64,000 nucleotides of DNA from Candidatus Cloacimonadota bacterium (GTDB lineage Bacteria; UBA4055): assembly GCA_002742935.1 (NCBI GenBank), contig PDON01000064.1:8514-72513 (forward strand), given 5' to 3'. The notes below the pieces were generated by a model. The model had not been told where the DNA came from, did not search any database, and saw nothing but the letters and a program-made list of their open reading frames with translations. Each line of letters begins with the position of its first letter. The first letter of the stretch is position 1. The translations under genes were made by a program, and so were the position numbers. This document shows positions 29,350 through 40,320 of the stretch, in pieces.

Positions 29350-30534
29350 TTGAAGTTTTATGATATAAAGTTAAAAAAGGGTAGAGAGGAATCTCTGAAA
29401 AGATTTCATCCTTGGATATTTAGTGGAGCTATAAAGAGTATAGATAAAAATATTATAGAAGGTTCATTTGTCAGAGTACTCTCATTTGATAATGAACTAA
29501 TTGGATACGGCTACTATCAAATAGGATCTATTGCTGTTAAAATGCTCACCTTTGGTAATCTTCCTATAGATGAAAAACTGATTGAAAATAGAGTTAGATC
29601 TGCTTGGGATTTAAGACAAAAGTTTGGATTTACCCAAAACAGGGAAACAAATGTTTTTAGGTTAATATTTGCAGAGGGTGATCTACTTCCCGGAGTTATT
29701 GCCGACTACTATAATGGAACTGTAGTTCTTCAGTTTTACACCGTTGCAATGTTTAATATTAGAGAGATTATAAAAAAAAGTTTAATAGATGTTTTAGGTG
29801 AAAAGCTTAAATGTATATATGATAAAAGTTCCTCTACTCTACCTTTTAAAGCCAATGTAACACCAAATGATGGCTATATTTATGGTAAAGAGAGTGGCAA
29901 CGAAGTTTCTGAATATGGTTATAAGTTTTTAGCAGATTGGGAGTTGGGACAAAAAACAGGATTTTTTATAGATCAGAGAGAGAATAGAAAATTGCTTGAA
30001 AACTATTCTAAAGGAAGATCTGTTTTAAATATGTTTTGCTATACAGGTGGATTCTCATTTTATGCTATGGCAGGAGGAGCTAAAAGGGTTACATCTGTAG
30101 ATATATCTAAAAGAGCTATTGAACTTACAAATAAAAATGTAGAGCTTAATTTTCCTAATGATGAAAGACATGAAGCTGTTGTTGCCGATGCTTTTGATTA
30201 TCTTAAAGAGAATGGTAAAAATTATGATCTTATAATATTGGATCCTCCGGCTTTTTCTAAACATAAGAGTAGTATAAAACAAGCTATGGTAGGCTATAGA
30301 AGATTAAACACAATAGCTTTTAATAATATTAAACCCGGTGGTATAATCTTTACTTTCTCATGCTCTCAAAATATTGATAAGCAAGCTTTCAAAACTGCAG
30401 TATTTACTGCTGCTGCAAAATCAGGTAGAAACGTTAGAGTAGTTGAACATCTATCACAACCCGTGGATCATCCTATAAATATTTTCCATCCTGAAGGTGA
30501 GTATTTAAAAGGTCTTATACTTTACGTTGAGTAA
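29350..30534 (+). CDS. rlmI: SAM-dependent 23S rRNA m5C methyltransferase, RlmI-like (PUA + MTase)
   Basis: The RlmI-type N-terminus (KRFHPWIFSGAI) and the methyltransferase motif VLNMFCYTGGFS are present. Confidence 0.65.
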   Translation: MKFYDIKLKKGREESLKRFHPWIFSGAIKSIDKNIIEGSFVRVLSFDNELIGYGYYQIGSIAVKMLTFGNLPIDEKLIENRVRSAWDLRQKFGFTQNRETNVFRLIFAEGDLLPGVIADYYNGTVVLQFYTVAMFNIREIIKKSLIDVLGEKLKCIYDKSSSTLPFKANVTPNDGYIYGKESGNEVSEYGYKFLADWELGQKTGFFIDQRENRKLLENYSKGRSVLNMFCYTGGFSFYAMAGGAKRVTSVDISKRAIELTNKNVELNFPNDERHEAVVADAFDYLKENGKNYDLIILDPPAFSKHKSSIKQAMVGYRRLNTIAFNNIKPGGIIFTFSCSQNIDKQAFKTAVFTAAAKSGRNVRVVEHLSQPVDHPINIFHPEGEYLKGLILYVE

Positions 30535-30740
30535 AAGTAATTTCTAACCGTATATATTTTAGTGTATTTTGGAGTAAGTGATAAAAACTTTTTATGATTG
30601 GTGTTAAAACATATTTTTCGTTGTTTACTTAATCATCGTAAACTCCACTTTTCAAATCCACTTTATTGTAACTTTAAAGCTTTTCACTTTTTCAGTAGAA
30701 CCCTAACTACTTACCTCTTTCTAATATCTTAAAATATAGA

Positions 30741-31046
30741 CTAGTTGCCCTCTAACTTGTTTTCAAGGTTTTTCTTTACCTTTTTACCATCTTTTACAAC
30801 CTCTTCTAGCTTTTCTGTTGCATTATCTTTAAAATCTTCTATTTTCTCCTTAATCTCATCTTTGGAAAAAGGTAAATCCTCTCCTGTAAAGTATAGGTAT
30901 GCAAAATAACCTAAGGTAATTAGAGAAACTATTAAGGCTAGTTTCAATAATTTTTTTAATACAAAATAGAGAATTAATACTATAAGAACTCCTGCAATAA
31001 TCATATTGAGGTTACTTGATGTTATAGAATTTATAATATTATCCAT
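30741..31046 (-). CDS. Small membrane protein, hypothetical
   Basis: It has two hydrophobic helices and a charged C-terminus. Confidence 0.35.
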   Translation of the reverse strand: MDNIINSITSSNLNMIIAGVLIVLILYFVLKKLLKLALIVSLITLGYFAYLYFTGEDLPFSKDEIKEKIEDFKDNATEKLEEVVKDGKKVKKNLENKLEGN

Positions 31047-31143
31047 GGAAACCCTTTTTATAAAAAATTAAACTCCAATTCACAATATATTGTCTCTCAA
31101 AATAAAAAAACAAGATTTTAAAAAATAAAGATCATCTCTAATT

Positions 31144-32316
31144 TTATATCTCTATAATAATTTCAGGTATATCTTTTTTTATTATACTGTATGTATAACT
31201 TATTTTAACTTTAGAATATTTCCCATATTCACTTTCATCAATTTTTATCCTTTTTTCAAAAGATTTTTTCCCCATTACAAAAATAAAATTCTTATTCTCT
31301 GTACTCTCTGTACTTTTAGCTTTTCTACTGTCTACAGGAATAATAAAAGATCTACTATCTAAATGGTTTCTAGAGATATTATCGGATCTATCCTTTTCTA
31401 ATTTGGTTAAATCTAAAAAATTAAATGATAGAAATAATCCTAAAATCATTATTAAAGATGCGGTTTTAAAACCTCTAACCTTAATTATCAGATTATTACA
31501 ACTTTTTAATCTTTCCAATCTTGAAATAATAGATCCTCCATTTGCAGATATAGCTAAAATATAATCCCTTTCGAGTGCAAGGTTTCCTATAGCTTTCATA
31601 TAGTTTTTCTTGTCTTCAACCATATTAACTGCAATATCATCACATATCATCTCTCTGGATTCTCTTACCAATGTATTAAGTATGTAAACTAAAGGGTGAT
31701 AAAACAGTATAGACTCTGCCAAAATTTGAAAAATATTTATCAAGTAATCATTTCGTTTTATGTGTGCAAGTTCATGAGCAATCAGCCCTTCAATCTGATC
31801 AGAATCAATTTTTGTTACTAGGGATATAGGGATCAGAATAATTGGTTTTAGAAAACCTATTGTTAAAGGTGATACAACCCTATCCGAAAGAAAAATTTTA
31901 ATATCTTTTTTAATATTTGCTTTAATCTTTAGCTTTGAAAAATTTTTATAAACTCTATCTGTAACATTAAAAAGATTCCTCATTATTGAGAATCTTAGAA
32001 AAATATAACCTACCCCATTTTTAATTATTGAGATAGAAGTACCAACTATCCAAAAGTAGAATATAAGATTATTATATTTAGGATCAATTGAGTTTAATGC
32101 CGAGGGTATAAGGATACTATTTCCGCTCCAAAATTTGAAAAGAGTTGCTGTAAAAGAGGTAAAGATTAAGCTAAACATAATAAATATTGATCTTTTATAT
32201 ACTTTTACAGGATCTTTAGTTTTTGATACAATATATGTTGGAATAGTAAAAAAAATACCTGCAATAATCGAATTTAGTATAAATTCCCCTATAAATAGCT
32301 TAATTCCCATCTTCAT
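31144..32316 (-). CDS. BlaR1/MecR1-family M56 peptidase sensor-transducer
   Basis: It has N-terminal TM helices and the HELAHIKRNDYL zinc-protease motif. Confidence 0.7.
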   Translation of the reverse strand: MKMGIKLFIGEFILNSIIAGIFFTIPTYIVSKTKDPVKVYKRSIFIMFSLIFTSFTATLFKFWSGNSILIPSALNSIDPKYNNLIFYFWIVGTSISIIKNGVGYIFLRFSIMRNLFNVTDRVYKNFSKLKIKANIKKDIKIFLSDRVVSPLTIGFLKPIILIPISLVTKIDSDQIEGLIAHELAHIKRNDYLINIFQILAESILFYHPLVYILNTLVRESREMICDDIAVNMVEDKKNYMKAIGNLALERDYILAISANGGSIISRLERLKSCNNLIIKVRGFKTASLIMILGLFLSFNFLDLTKLEKDRSDNISRNHLDSRSFIIPVDSRKAKSTESTENKNFIFVMGKKSFEKRIKIDESEYGKYSKVKISYTYSIIKKDIPEIIIEI

Positions 32317-32704
32317 CTACCTCAAGTTTATCAAGAAAAGCTCTTATTTTATCCCTCTCCTCTTTTGTTATTTTACCGCTTCCAAGAGCTTGTATAACAA
32401 GTTTATGTGCTGAACCACCAAATACAGTATCCATTAAATTACCTAAAATTCCGTTTTTAGTGTCTTTTTCCTTAATTTTAGCAGAGTATATGTGAGATCT
32501 TTTACTTGTATCCCTTAAAAGAAAACCTTTTTCAAACATTATCTGCATAACCTTTAAGGTTGTGGTGTATCCAACCCTCGTTTCAAGATTTTGAATATTA
32601 TTTACACCTCTGACGGTTGTAGGTCCTTTTTCCCAAAGTATTTTTAGTATTGCTAACTCTTTAGTGGTAGGTTTTACAGACATACTAAATCTCCCGTAAT
32701 ACAT
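32300..32704 (-). CDS. BlaI/MecI/CopY-family transcriptional repressor
   Basis: It has a winged-helix N-terminus (TKELAILKILWEKGPTTVRGV) and overlaps the start of the M56 gene, which is a typical operon arrangement. Confidence 0.7.
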   Translation of the reverse strand: MYYGRFSMSVKPTTKELAILKILWEKGPTTVRGVNNIQNLETRVGYTTTLKVMQIMFEKGFLLRDTSKRSHIYSAKIKEKDTKNGILGNLMDTVFGGSAHKLVIQALGSGKITKEERDKIRAFLDKLEVDEDGN

Positions 32705-32948
32705 CTTTTTTGTTAAATAGAGTAAACCTAAGATATCGTAAAAAGATCTAAGCTTTAAAGTTGATCCAATACGAATTCTTTCGTATTAAACAAAGTAACA
32801 CAGAGAAAAGTTCAAAAAAAGTGAAAATTGTCTTAAATTAGGAACTAATGATTGTAAATATACTATATAATTTAAAATTATCACTATTTGAATTTTTATT
32901 CTTTTCGGCTATATTATTATACAAAATCTTTGAAGAGAAAATGGGGTT

Positions 32949-34958
32949 ATGGCAAATTTAAAAGAGTTTTTTGATTACAATTTTATAGAGTTCGCAAACT
33001 ATGTTGTTAAATATAGGGCTATTCCTGATATACATGATGGTTTTAAGCCTGTTCAGAGGCGTATTATCCACTCAATGCTTGAACTTGATGATGGTAAGTT
33101 CAATAAGGTAGCAAACATTGTTGGTAATACAATGAAATATCACCCTCACGGAGATGCTTCCATTTACGAATCTCTTGTAAATATGGCAAATAAAAATCTC
33201 TTTATTGAAAAGCAGGGTAATTTTGGTAATATATTCACAGGTGATAAGGCTGCTGCTGCAAGGTATATTGAAGCCAGATTAACACCTTTAGCAAAAGAGG
33301 TTTTATTAAATAAAGAACTTACTGACTACATTGACTCCTATGATGGAAGAAATAAGGAACCTATTATTTTCCCTGCAAAGATTCCTATTATTTTACTTTT
33401 AGGATCTGAAGGTATTGGTGTTGGTATGTCAACAAAGATTATGCCTCACAACTTTAATGAAGTATTAAACGCTCAAATATCATACTTGAAAGGTGAAGAG
33501 TTTACTCTATATCCAGATTTCCAACATGGCTGTATGATGGATGTAAGCGAGTATAATGATGGTAATGGAAAGATTAAACTTAGAGCTGTTGTTGAAACTG
33601 AAAGTGATAAAAAGATAGTTATAAGGAAGATACCTCATGGAACAACAACAGAATCTATTATAAACTCTATAGAGAAAGCTTCTAAAAAGGGTAAGATAAA
33701 GGTAACCTCCATAAACGATTATACAGCTTCCGAGATTGAGATTGAAGTGATTCTCGCAAGGGGGTATAAGGCACAGGATGCTATTACAGCTCTATACGCT
33801 TTTACCGATTGTCAGGTTAGTATCTCTCCTCAGACCCTCTGTTTAAATAACGGGCTTCCAAAAATTTACACTGTTTCAAATATTTTAAAATATTGTACAG
33901 ATAACTTAGTAGATATTTTAACAAGAGAGCTTGAACTTAAACTTAAAAAACTTAAAGATGAACACCATTATAAGTCTCTTGCCCAAATTTTTATAGAGGA
34001 AAGGATATATAAAAGTATAGAGGAGGTTGAAACATATCCAAAGGTGATTAAAACAGTTATTCAAAACTTTGAACCATTTAGAGAAAAGTTAACTAGAGAT
34101 ATTACAAATGATGATGCAGAAAAGCTTTTGGCCCTCCAGATAAAGAGAATATCAAGATTTGATATAAACAAAAATAGAAAAGAGTTAAAAGAGATTTTGT
34201 CTGAGATCAAGAGAACAGAGGAGAGTTTGAAATCTATTGTTCCTTACACAATAAAATATATAAAATCCATTATTAAGGAGTATGGAGAGCAGTTCCCCAG
34301 AAAGACAGAAATTGAGAACTTAGAGGTGATAACCGCAAAAGATGCAGCTATTGAGAATATAAAACTCTACTATGATAGGAAAAATGGATATTTAGGAACT
34401 TCCGTGAAATCTGAGAACTCTATTTTGGTGAGTGAATTTTCAGATGTTATACTCTTCTATGGAAATGGAACATACAAGGTTGTGAGGGTTTCTGAAAAAG
34501 CTTTTGTAGGTAAAAATATTATCTATTTCAACAAGGCTGATTCCCAAGAGTCAAAGCTTAGAATCTACTCCATTGTTTACAGAGATAAAAAGAGTAAATT
34601 TTGTTTTATAAAGAGGTTTAAGGATATTAAATATATACTTGATAAGGAGTATAGATACTATCCCGAAGGTTGTAAACTTGAATATTTTACTGTGAGACAA
34701 AATCTCCATTTTACCTGCTACTTGGAAAGATTACCAAGAATGAGATCTTTTGTTAAAGAGTTTGATCTTAATGATTACAAAACAAAGGGTATAACAGCAA
34801 ACGGACTTAGGATAATTGATAAAAATATTATCAAGATTAAAGTTGATAAGATATCAGAAGATGTTGAAAGTTCTCCCATTGATGAGTTTCAGGATAGATC
34901 AAAGCCGGAAACAGTAATACCCGAAGAACCCAGATTGTTTGATCTTGAGGAGGATTAG
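32949..34958 (+). CDS. Type IIA topoisomerase A-subunit (GyrA/ParC family), short form lacking the C-terminal beta-pinwheel
   Basis: GyrA-type motifs are present: DGFKPVQRRII, KYHPHGDASIYESLVNMA, and the active-site tyrosine context AAARYIEARLT. The protein is only 669 aa and no B-subunit gene is adjacent. Confidence 0.6.
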   Translation: MANLKEFFDYNFIEFANYVVKYRAIPDIHDGFKPVQRRIIHSMLELDDGKFNKVANIVGNTMKYHPHGDASIYESLVNMANKNLFIEKQGNFGNIFTGDKAAAARYIEARLTPLAKEVLLNKELTDYIDSYDGRNKEPIIFPAKIPIILLLGSEGIGVGMSTKIMPHNFNEVLNAQISYLKGEEFTLYPDFQHGCMMDVSEYNDGNGKIKLRAVVETESDKKIVIRKIPHGTTTESIINSIEKASKKGKIKVTSINDYTASEIEIEVILARGYKAQDAITALYAFTDCQVSISPQTLCLNNGLPKIYTVSNILKYCTDNLVDILTRELELKLKKLKDEHHYKSLAQIFIEERIYKSIEEVETYPKVIKTVIQNFEPFREKLTRDITNDDAEKLLALQIKRISRFDINKNRKELKEILSEIKRTEESLKSIVPYTIKYIKSIIKEYGEQFPRKTEIENLEVITAKDAAIENIKLYYDRKNGYLGTSVKSENSILVSEFSDVILFYGNGTYKVVRVSEKAFVGKNIIYFNKADSQESKLRIYSIVYRDKKSKFCFIKRFKDIKYILDKEYRYYPEGCKLEYFTVRQNLHFTCYLERLPRMRSFVKEFDLNDYKTKGITANGLRIIDKNIIKIKVDKISEDVESSPIDEFQDRSKPETVIPEEPRLFDLEED

Positions 34959-35031
34959 TTTCCTTTTTAATCTTTGTTTTTTTATAAAACATGATGTTGT
35001 TATAAGTTAGAGATGATTTTAAGGAGATTTT

Positions 35032-35412
35032 ATGAAAAAATATACAATAGTAACAAACAATAAAAGAGTTGTTGAAAGGTTTAAAAATTTTTATACTATT
35101 GTTGAAACTTCCGATATAAACCACACCTTAATAAAGGCAAGAGATCTTATACATAAGGGTTATGTTTTAGAGACTCACCCTCTTGCAGGCAGTGTTAAAC
35201 CTATGAAAAACCCTTTCAGATCTATTGTGTTGATAGAGTCTAATGAGGTCGATTTTAGAAGTGTGGATATTATGGAAAAAGCTCTTGAAAAGTATGAAAT
35301 GTTTAGAAAATCACACAAAGAGATAGAGCTTCCTCAATCCATAATAGATGACTACATGGAGATAGATTTTTCACTTATGAATAGTGCAGATCAATCCATA
35401 AGAAGGGATTAA
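35032..35412 (+). CDS. Hypothetical protein
   Basis: A 126-aa ORF with an RBS and no recognisable motif. Confidence 0.35.
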   Translation: MKKYTIVTNNKRVVERFKNFYTIVETSDINHTLIKARDLIHKGYVLETHPLAGSVKPMKNPFRSIVLIESNEVDFRSVDIMEKALEKYEMFRKSHKEIELPQSIIDDYMEIDFSLMNSADQSIRRD

Positions 35413-35449
35413 GAAAACTTTTCCGTAGTAATTTTTAGACAGGAGTGGT

Positions 35450-36844
35450 TTGGAATCATTTATAATTGAGATATCTGAAGATTTAACGACTGCAAGAGTC
35501 CAATTAAAGAGATTTAAAGATCTCTCCTCCGAAGATGTTATGAGAGCTCTCTACAAAGAGGGTGTGATTTTTGGTATTGATGAGAAAAAGATTAAAACTT
35601 TAATAGAATCCAAAAATCCTCTATGGAATGAAATTGCAAGAGCAACTTCTCCTATTGAGCCTATAGATGATAAACTTATATTTCTTGTTGATTTGGATAG
35701 TAGAGCTGTTGAGAAAAAGGGTAGAGTTGACTTTAGAAATAGGAGATATTTGAAAACTATTTCAAAAACAGAAGAGATTTTAAAGTTTATTCCCGGAGTT
35801 GATGGAGTTGAAGGTAAGCTTATCGATGGATCTACTTACCCTTTCAAAAAAAGAAGATCTATTATAAAACTTAAAAATTTTATAGATAAGAATAATATTG
35901 GTTTCAAAAAGCTTAGTAGTGGAGAGTTTATATGCTACTCTTTAATTGATGGAGAGTACTTTGTAGATAAAGGCAAACTCTTTGTTGTTAAAGATTTTAT
36001 TTTAAAACATGATCTGGATTTTAGAACCGGAAGTCTAACGGCTGTTAATAGTTCCATTACAATAAAAGGGGATATTAAATCCGGATTTTCTGTTTCCACA
36101 AAGAGAGATATAAACGTAAGTGGCAATATTCTTAACGGTGGTATTAATTGTTGCTTCATAAAAGCAAAAGAGATAATGATGGGGGATAAGCCAATACATG
36201 CAAAAACTATTGTTGCTAACTATCTCTCTTCAAGAAAAAATATTTATTGTGAAGATGTTCAAATAAAAACAATACATGGTTCCTATTTGGGGAGTTGCTC
36301 CATAAAAGCAGATACTATATCTTTTGGAAAATACTTTTGTAAAGAAAGTTTAGTATCTAAACAGATAGGATCCCCTAATGGAGGATCTACATACATTGTT
36401 TTAGGATTTGATAAAATACTGTTTGATATATTGGAGGATAAAAGAAAAAATTTTTCTAAAGTTAGAAGAAAGGGTCGAGGTATGAGGATTGAAGTAGCTA
36501 AATGTTCTAATGAGATATCCTATCTTAGAAGTAGACATAAGAGGGGAGAGGTGGAAGATAATAGATACTACTCTTACCTTAACTATTTGGAGAGTGAACT
36601 TAGGCTATTAAAAGGAGATCTTTCCGTTGTTGAATCAAATGAGAAGGATCTCAAGATTGAGATTGAGAAGTTGGAGTATAAATTACGATTGAACTATGCC
36701 GCTTACATTGAGGTTGAAAAGTTGTATCCCGGAACAATTATAAGATTTGGCTACAATAAGCCTTTTGTTACATATAAAGAGTACAATAATGTTAGGATTG
36801 TGTACTCCGAAAAAGAGAGAGTTAAATTTTTAAAATTAAATTAG
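35450..36844 (+). CDS. FapA/DUF342-like protein (beta-helix repeats + C-terminal coiled coil)
   Basis: It has repetitive G-x-(I/V) beta-helix-like segments and a coiled-coil C-terminus (LESELRLLKGDLSVVESNEKDLKIEIEKLEYKL). Confidence 0.4.
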   Translation: MESFIIEISEDLTTARVQLKRFKDLSSEDVMRALYKEGVIFGIDEKKIKTLIESKNPLWNEIARATSPIEPIDDKLIFLVDLDSRAVEKKGRVDFRNRRYLKTISKTEEILKFIPGVDGVEGKLIDGSTYPFKKRRSIIKLKNFIDKNNIGFKKLSSGEFICYSLIDGEYFVDKGKLFVVKDFILKHDLDFRTGSLTAVNSSITIKGDIKSGFSVSTKRDINVSGNILNGGINCCFIKAKEIMMGDKPIHAKTIVANYLSSRKNIYCEDVQIKTIHGSYLGSCSIKADTISFGKYFCKESLVSKQIGSPNGGSTYIVLGFDKILFDILEDKRKNFSKVRRKGRGMRIEVAKCSNEISYLRSRHKRGEVEDNRYYSYLNYLESELRLLKGDLSVVESNEKDLKIEIEKLEYKLRLNYAAYIEVEKLYPGTIIRFGYNKPFVTYKEYNNVRIVYSEKERVKFLKLN

Positions 36845-36851
36845 AGGAACT

Positions 36852-37028
36852 ATGATTATACTTATCTTAGGTTTTTTAATAATTATAGCTATATTTTCTG
36901 CAATGATCTTTATTGAAAATTATAAGAGAAAAGGGAAAAGTGATCTTGAAGATTATGATCCAATGGATCCCAATAGTGTTAGAGAACTTCAAAACAGGAT
37001 AAATGATGAGAAAAAAAATTGTCGTTAG
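36852..37028 (+). CDS. Small (58 aa) single-TM protein, below the ORF-track cutoff
   Basis: ATG at 36852 is preceded by gaggaa. The product is MIILILGFLIIIAIFSAMIF..., hydrophobic then charged. Confidence 0.3.
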   Translation: MIILILGFLIIIAIFSAMIFIENYKRKGKSDLEDYDPMDPNSVRELQNRINDEKKNCR

Positions 37029-37106
37029 AGGAAATCAAACCTCTTTCACTTCAAGATAAAGTTTATTATATTATAAGACTGTTGTTTTATTATCCAAGGA
37101 ATTATT

Positions 37107-38123
37107 GTGAGAGAAACAGTACTTAGCGGAGCACAATTAGGTAACGAATCAGAAATAGAGAGATCTCTTAGACCAAGATTTCTTAAAGACTTTACAGGTC
37201 AAAAGAAGATAAGAGAAAATCTTAAAGTTTTTATTGAATCTGCTAAAATGAGAAATGAAAGTTTAGATCATACTCTTTTACACGGACCTCCGGGACTTGG
37301 AAAAACAACTTTGGCAAATATCATAGCTTCTGAAATGGGAGCTGATATAAAGATAACTTCAGGGCCGGTTTTGGAGAAGGCCGCAGATCTTGCAGGACTT
37401 TTAACAAATCTTCAAGATGGGGATATTTTGTTTATTGATGAGATACACAGACTTTCGCCCGTTATAGAGGAGTATCTTTATCCTGCTATGGAGGACTATA
37501 CCATAGATATTATGCTTTCTACCGGACCTTCTGCAACTAGTGTTCAACTCAATCTTCCAAAATTTACTCTTGTAGGTGCAACAACGAGAGCAGGAAATTT
37601 AACATCACCAATGAGAGCGAGGTTTGGCGTTAATTTGAGAATGAACTACTATACACCTGAAGAGCTTGATTTTATTGTTAAAAGATCTGCCTATATTCTA
37701 GATATGGATATAGATGATGAAGCATCTTTTGAGATAGCAAGAAGATCTAGAGGTACTCCAAGAATTGCAAATAGAGTGCTTAGAAGAATAAGAGATTTTG
37801 CGATGGTGAAAACAGGTGGTAAAATTGATCTGCCCATAACTATTTTTGGAATGGAGGCCTTAGAGATTGATAATAAAGGTCTGGATAGTATGGATAAAAG
37901 TATTATTTCTGCCATTATTGAAAAGTTTAAGGGTGGTCCTGTTGGTATTAAGAATATTGCTGTTGCTGTTGGTGAGGAAGCTGAAACTCTTGAAGAGGTT
38001 TATGAACCTTATTTGATTCAAGAAGGATTTATTCAAAGAACCCAAAGAGGAAGAATGGTTACAGATCTTGCCTATAAACATTTTGGTTATGAGAATGAAA
38101 GAGGACAACTTAGTTTGTTATGA
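37107..38123 (+). CDS. ruvB: Holliday junction branch-migration ATPase RuvB
   Basis: It has the Walker A motif [17 protein letters not shown] and other RuvB-family motifs. Confidence 0.9.
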   Translation: MRETVLSGAQLGNESEIERSLRPRFLKDFTGQKKIRENLKVFIESAKMRNESLDHTLLHGPPGLGKTTLANIIASEMGADIKITSGPVLEKAADLAGLLTNLQDGDILFIDEIHRLSPVIEEYLYPAMEDYTIDIMLSTGPSATSVQLNLPKFTLVGATTRAGNLTSPMRARFGVNLRMNYYTPEELDFIVKRSAYILDMDIDDEASFEIARRSRGTPRIANRVLRRIRDFAMVKTGGKIDLPITIFGMEALEIDNKGLDSMDKSIISAIIEKFKGGPVGIKNIAVAVGEEAETLEEVYEPYLIQEGFIQRTQRGRMVTDLAYKHFGYENERGQLSLL

Positions 38124-39151
38124 GAGTAGATGATTTTGATTATACTCTTCCGGAGGAGTTGATTGCTCAAAAACCTTTGGAAAATAGAGATCTGTGTAAG
38201 ATGTTAACCGTGGATAGAAAAAGTGGTGAAACAAGATCGTTACAGTTTAGAGATATAAAAAAGATTCTCAAAAGAGGGGATCTCCTCGTAGTTAACGAAA
38301 CAAAGGTTATACCAGCAAGATTTTATGCAAAGAGGGAGGATAATCCAAACTCTTCAACAGTTGAGATCTTTCTAATAAAAGAGATTAGTTTGAACAAATG
38401 GGAGGTTTTGGTTAAGCCGGGAAGAAGAGCAAAAGTTGGACACTCTTTTATTTTTGGAGATGATATAAAAGGAAAAATTGTTGAAGTTTTGGAGAGTGGT
38501 AACAGAATTTTATACTTTGACTACAACGAAGATATAAAATATAATCTTTTTACAATTGGTAATATTCCATTACCTCCTTATATTAAAAGAGAATCTAATG
38601 AAAGAGATATCTCTGATTATCAAACAGTTTTTGCCCAAAAAGAGGGTGCTGTGGCAGCCCCTACGGCAGGTCTTCACTTTACGAGATCCTTATTGGAAGA
38701 GATAGAATCCATAGGGGTTGAAATTGTTAAAATCGTTCTCCATGTAGGTATAGGAACGTTCAGACCTGTAAAAGTTGACACGGTTGAAGAGCATGAGATG
38801 CATAATGAGTCTTACGAGATTGAAGTAGATGCGGCAGAGAGGATAAATAAAGCAATTGATGAAAAGAGGAGAATTATAGCTGTGGGGACAACCTCTGTCA
38901 GAACTTTGGAATCAGGTGCTATTGGTAATAAAGTTGTTTCGGGAAAAGGTAACACTAAAATATTTATCTATCCGGGTTATAACTTTAAGATTATAAATGG
39001 TCTTATAACCAATTTCCATCTTCCTAAATCCACTCTTATTATGCTTGTTAGTGCTTTTGCCGGAAGAGAAAATATTATGAATGCTTACAAGAGAGCCGTA
39101 GAGGAAAAATATAGGTTCTTTAGTTATGGTGATGCAATGTTAATAATTTAG
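38120..39151 (+). CDS. queA: S-adenosylmethionine:tRNA ribosyltransferase-isomerase
   Basis: The N-terminus [19 protein letters not shown] is characteristic of QueA. Confidence 0.85.
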   Translation: MRVDDFDYTLPEELIAQKPLENRDLCKMLTVDRKSGETRSLQFRDIKKILKRGDLLVVNETKVIPARFYAKREDNPNSSTVEIFLIKEISLNKWEVLVKPGRRAKVGHSFIFGDDIKGKIVEVLESGNRILYFDYNEDIKYNLFTIGNIPLPPYIKRESNERDISDYQTVFAQKEGAVAAPTAGLHFTRSLLEEIESIGVEIVKIVLHVGIGTFRPVKVDTVEEHEMHNESYEIEVDAAERINKAIDEKRRIIAVGTTSVRTLESGAIGNKVVSGKGNTKIFIYPGYNFKIINGLITNFHLPKSTLIMLVSAFAGRENIMNAYKRAVEEKYRFFSYGDAMLII

Positions 39152-39161
39152 TGAAGTTTTT

Positions 39162-40289
39162 ATGATTTGTAAGGAATGTAATACTCTAAATGCCAAGGAA
39201 GCAAAGTTTTGTGAAACCTGTGGTCGTAAAATAAAAATAAAAAAGCTAAAGTTTAAGGTTGAGAAAAAAGATGATAGAGGTATTGTTAAAAATTTACTTC
39301 TGAATAGGCATACAATAAAATATGTTGTCTCATCTGCTCTTATCTTATTTATTGTATTTTTTATTGTTATAAATATTGAGACTATCAATACAATAATTCC
39401 TGAAGCTAAAAATAAGTTTTCTTTATCTGAAAATTCAATATTTAGTGGGTTGATACCACCTAAAAAACAAGAGAAAAAGAAAGTAGAGGTTGAAGAGGTA
39501 GAGGAAAAAGTAGAAATAGAAAAACCAAAACCTAAAAAAATGGTAAAGAGAAAAAAATCAAAATATAATAGCTATACAGGTATGGTTAATAGAGATGATA
39601 AGGTAATCTATGGAGATGATGATAAAAGAATGGTATTGGTTCCTGGTCAAACAGTTACAATTGGTGATGATAACGATCCATTAGCGAACCCTAAACACAA
39701 AATTAAAGTTGACCCTTTCTATATGGATGTTTTTGAAGTTACCAACATCGAATTTAAAAGATTCCTTAGAGAAACAAATTATAAATCAATTGAAAGCTAT
39801 CCCCATTTTCATAATCCAAGATTCAATAAAGATAAACAACCAATGATAAATGTTGAATATAAAGATGCTAAAGCTTATGCAGATTGGATAGGAAAAAGGT
39901 TGCCAACGGAAGAGGAGTGGGAGTGTGCCGCAAAGGGTGGTAAAGAGTACAGCTACCCTACAGGAGAGAATGTAAATAGAAGATTAGCAAATTATGGTAA
40001 AAAGATTAAAAATGGATCAACAACTATCATTGGTTCTTATGATCCAAACCCCTACGGAATATATGATCTTGCAGGTAATGTATCAGAAATTGTTTCGGGG
40101 GTTCTTTCTCCATACAGTGGTAACAATACAGCAAGTATAACATGGGGAAAGAGAACCAGTAGAGGGGGATCTTGGTTAAGTCAAAAAAGGGATTTAAAGA
40201 ATTATATAAGAAGACCACTTGAAGTTGAATCAGAAGATATTGGAACAAGGGGTTTTAGATGTGTTATAAGTAAATCAGCTCTAAACTAG
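39162..40289 (+). CDS. Zinc-ribbon + TM + FGE-sulfatase (SUMF1/EgtB/PvdO-like) domain protein, paralog 1
   Basis: It has the zinc ribbon CKECN...CETCG and a TM segment. The C-terminal FGE-domain motifs are DVFEVTNIEFKRF, RLPTEEEWECAAKGG, GGSWLS and RGFRCV. Confidence 0.65.
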   Translation: MICKECNTLNAKEAKFCETCGRKIKIKKLKFKVEKKDDRGIVKNLLLNRHTIKYVVSSALILFIVFFIVINIETINTIIPEAKNKFSLSENSIFSGLIPPKKQEKKKVEVEEVEEKVEIEKPKPKKMVKRKKSKYNSYTGMVNRDDKVIYGDDDKRMVLVPGQTVTIGDDNDPLANPKHKIKVDPFYMDVFEVTNIEFKRFLRETNYKSIESYPHFHNPRFNKDKQPMINVEYKDAKAYADWIGKRLPTEEEWECAAKGGKEYSYPTGENVNRRLANYGKKIKNGSTTIIGSYDPNPYGIYDLAGNVSEIVSGVLSPYSGNNTASITWGKRTSRGGSWLSQKRDLKNYIRRPLEVESEDIGTRGFRCVISKSALN

Positions 40290-40320
40290 ATAAACCGTTA
40301 ATATATTAGGGAGTATAATA

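Noticed and set aside
30590-30700. Possible degraded fourth copy of the intergenic repeat (cgtaaactcc...tcaaatccac)
   Set aside because: It shares only two short blocks with copies A-C. That is not enough identity to call without an alignment tool.
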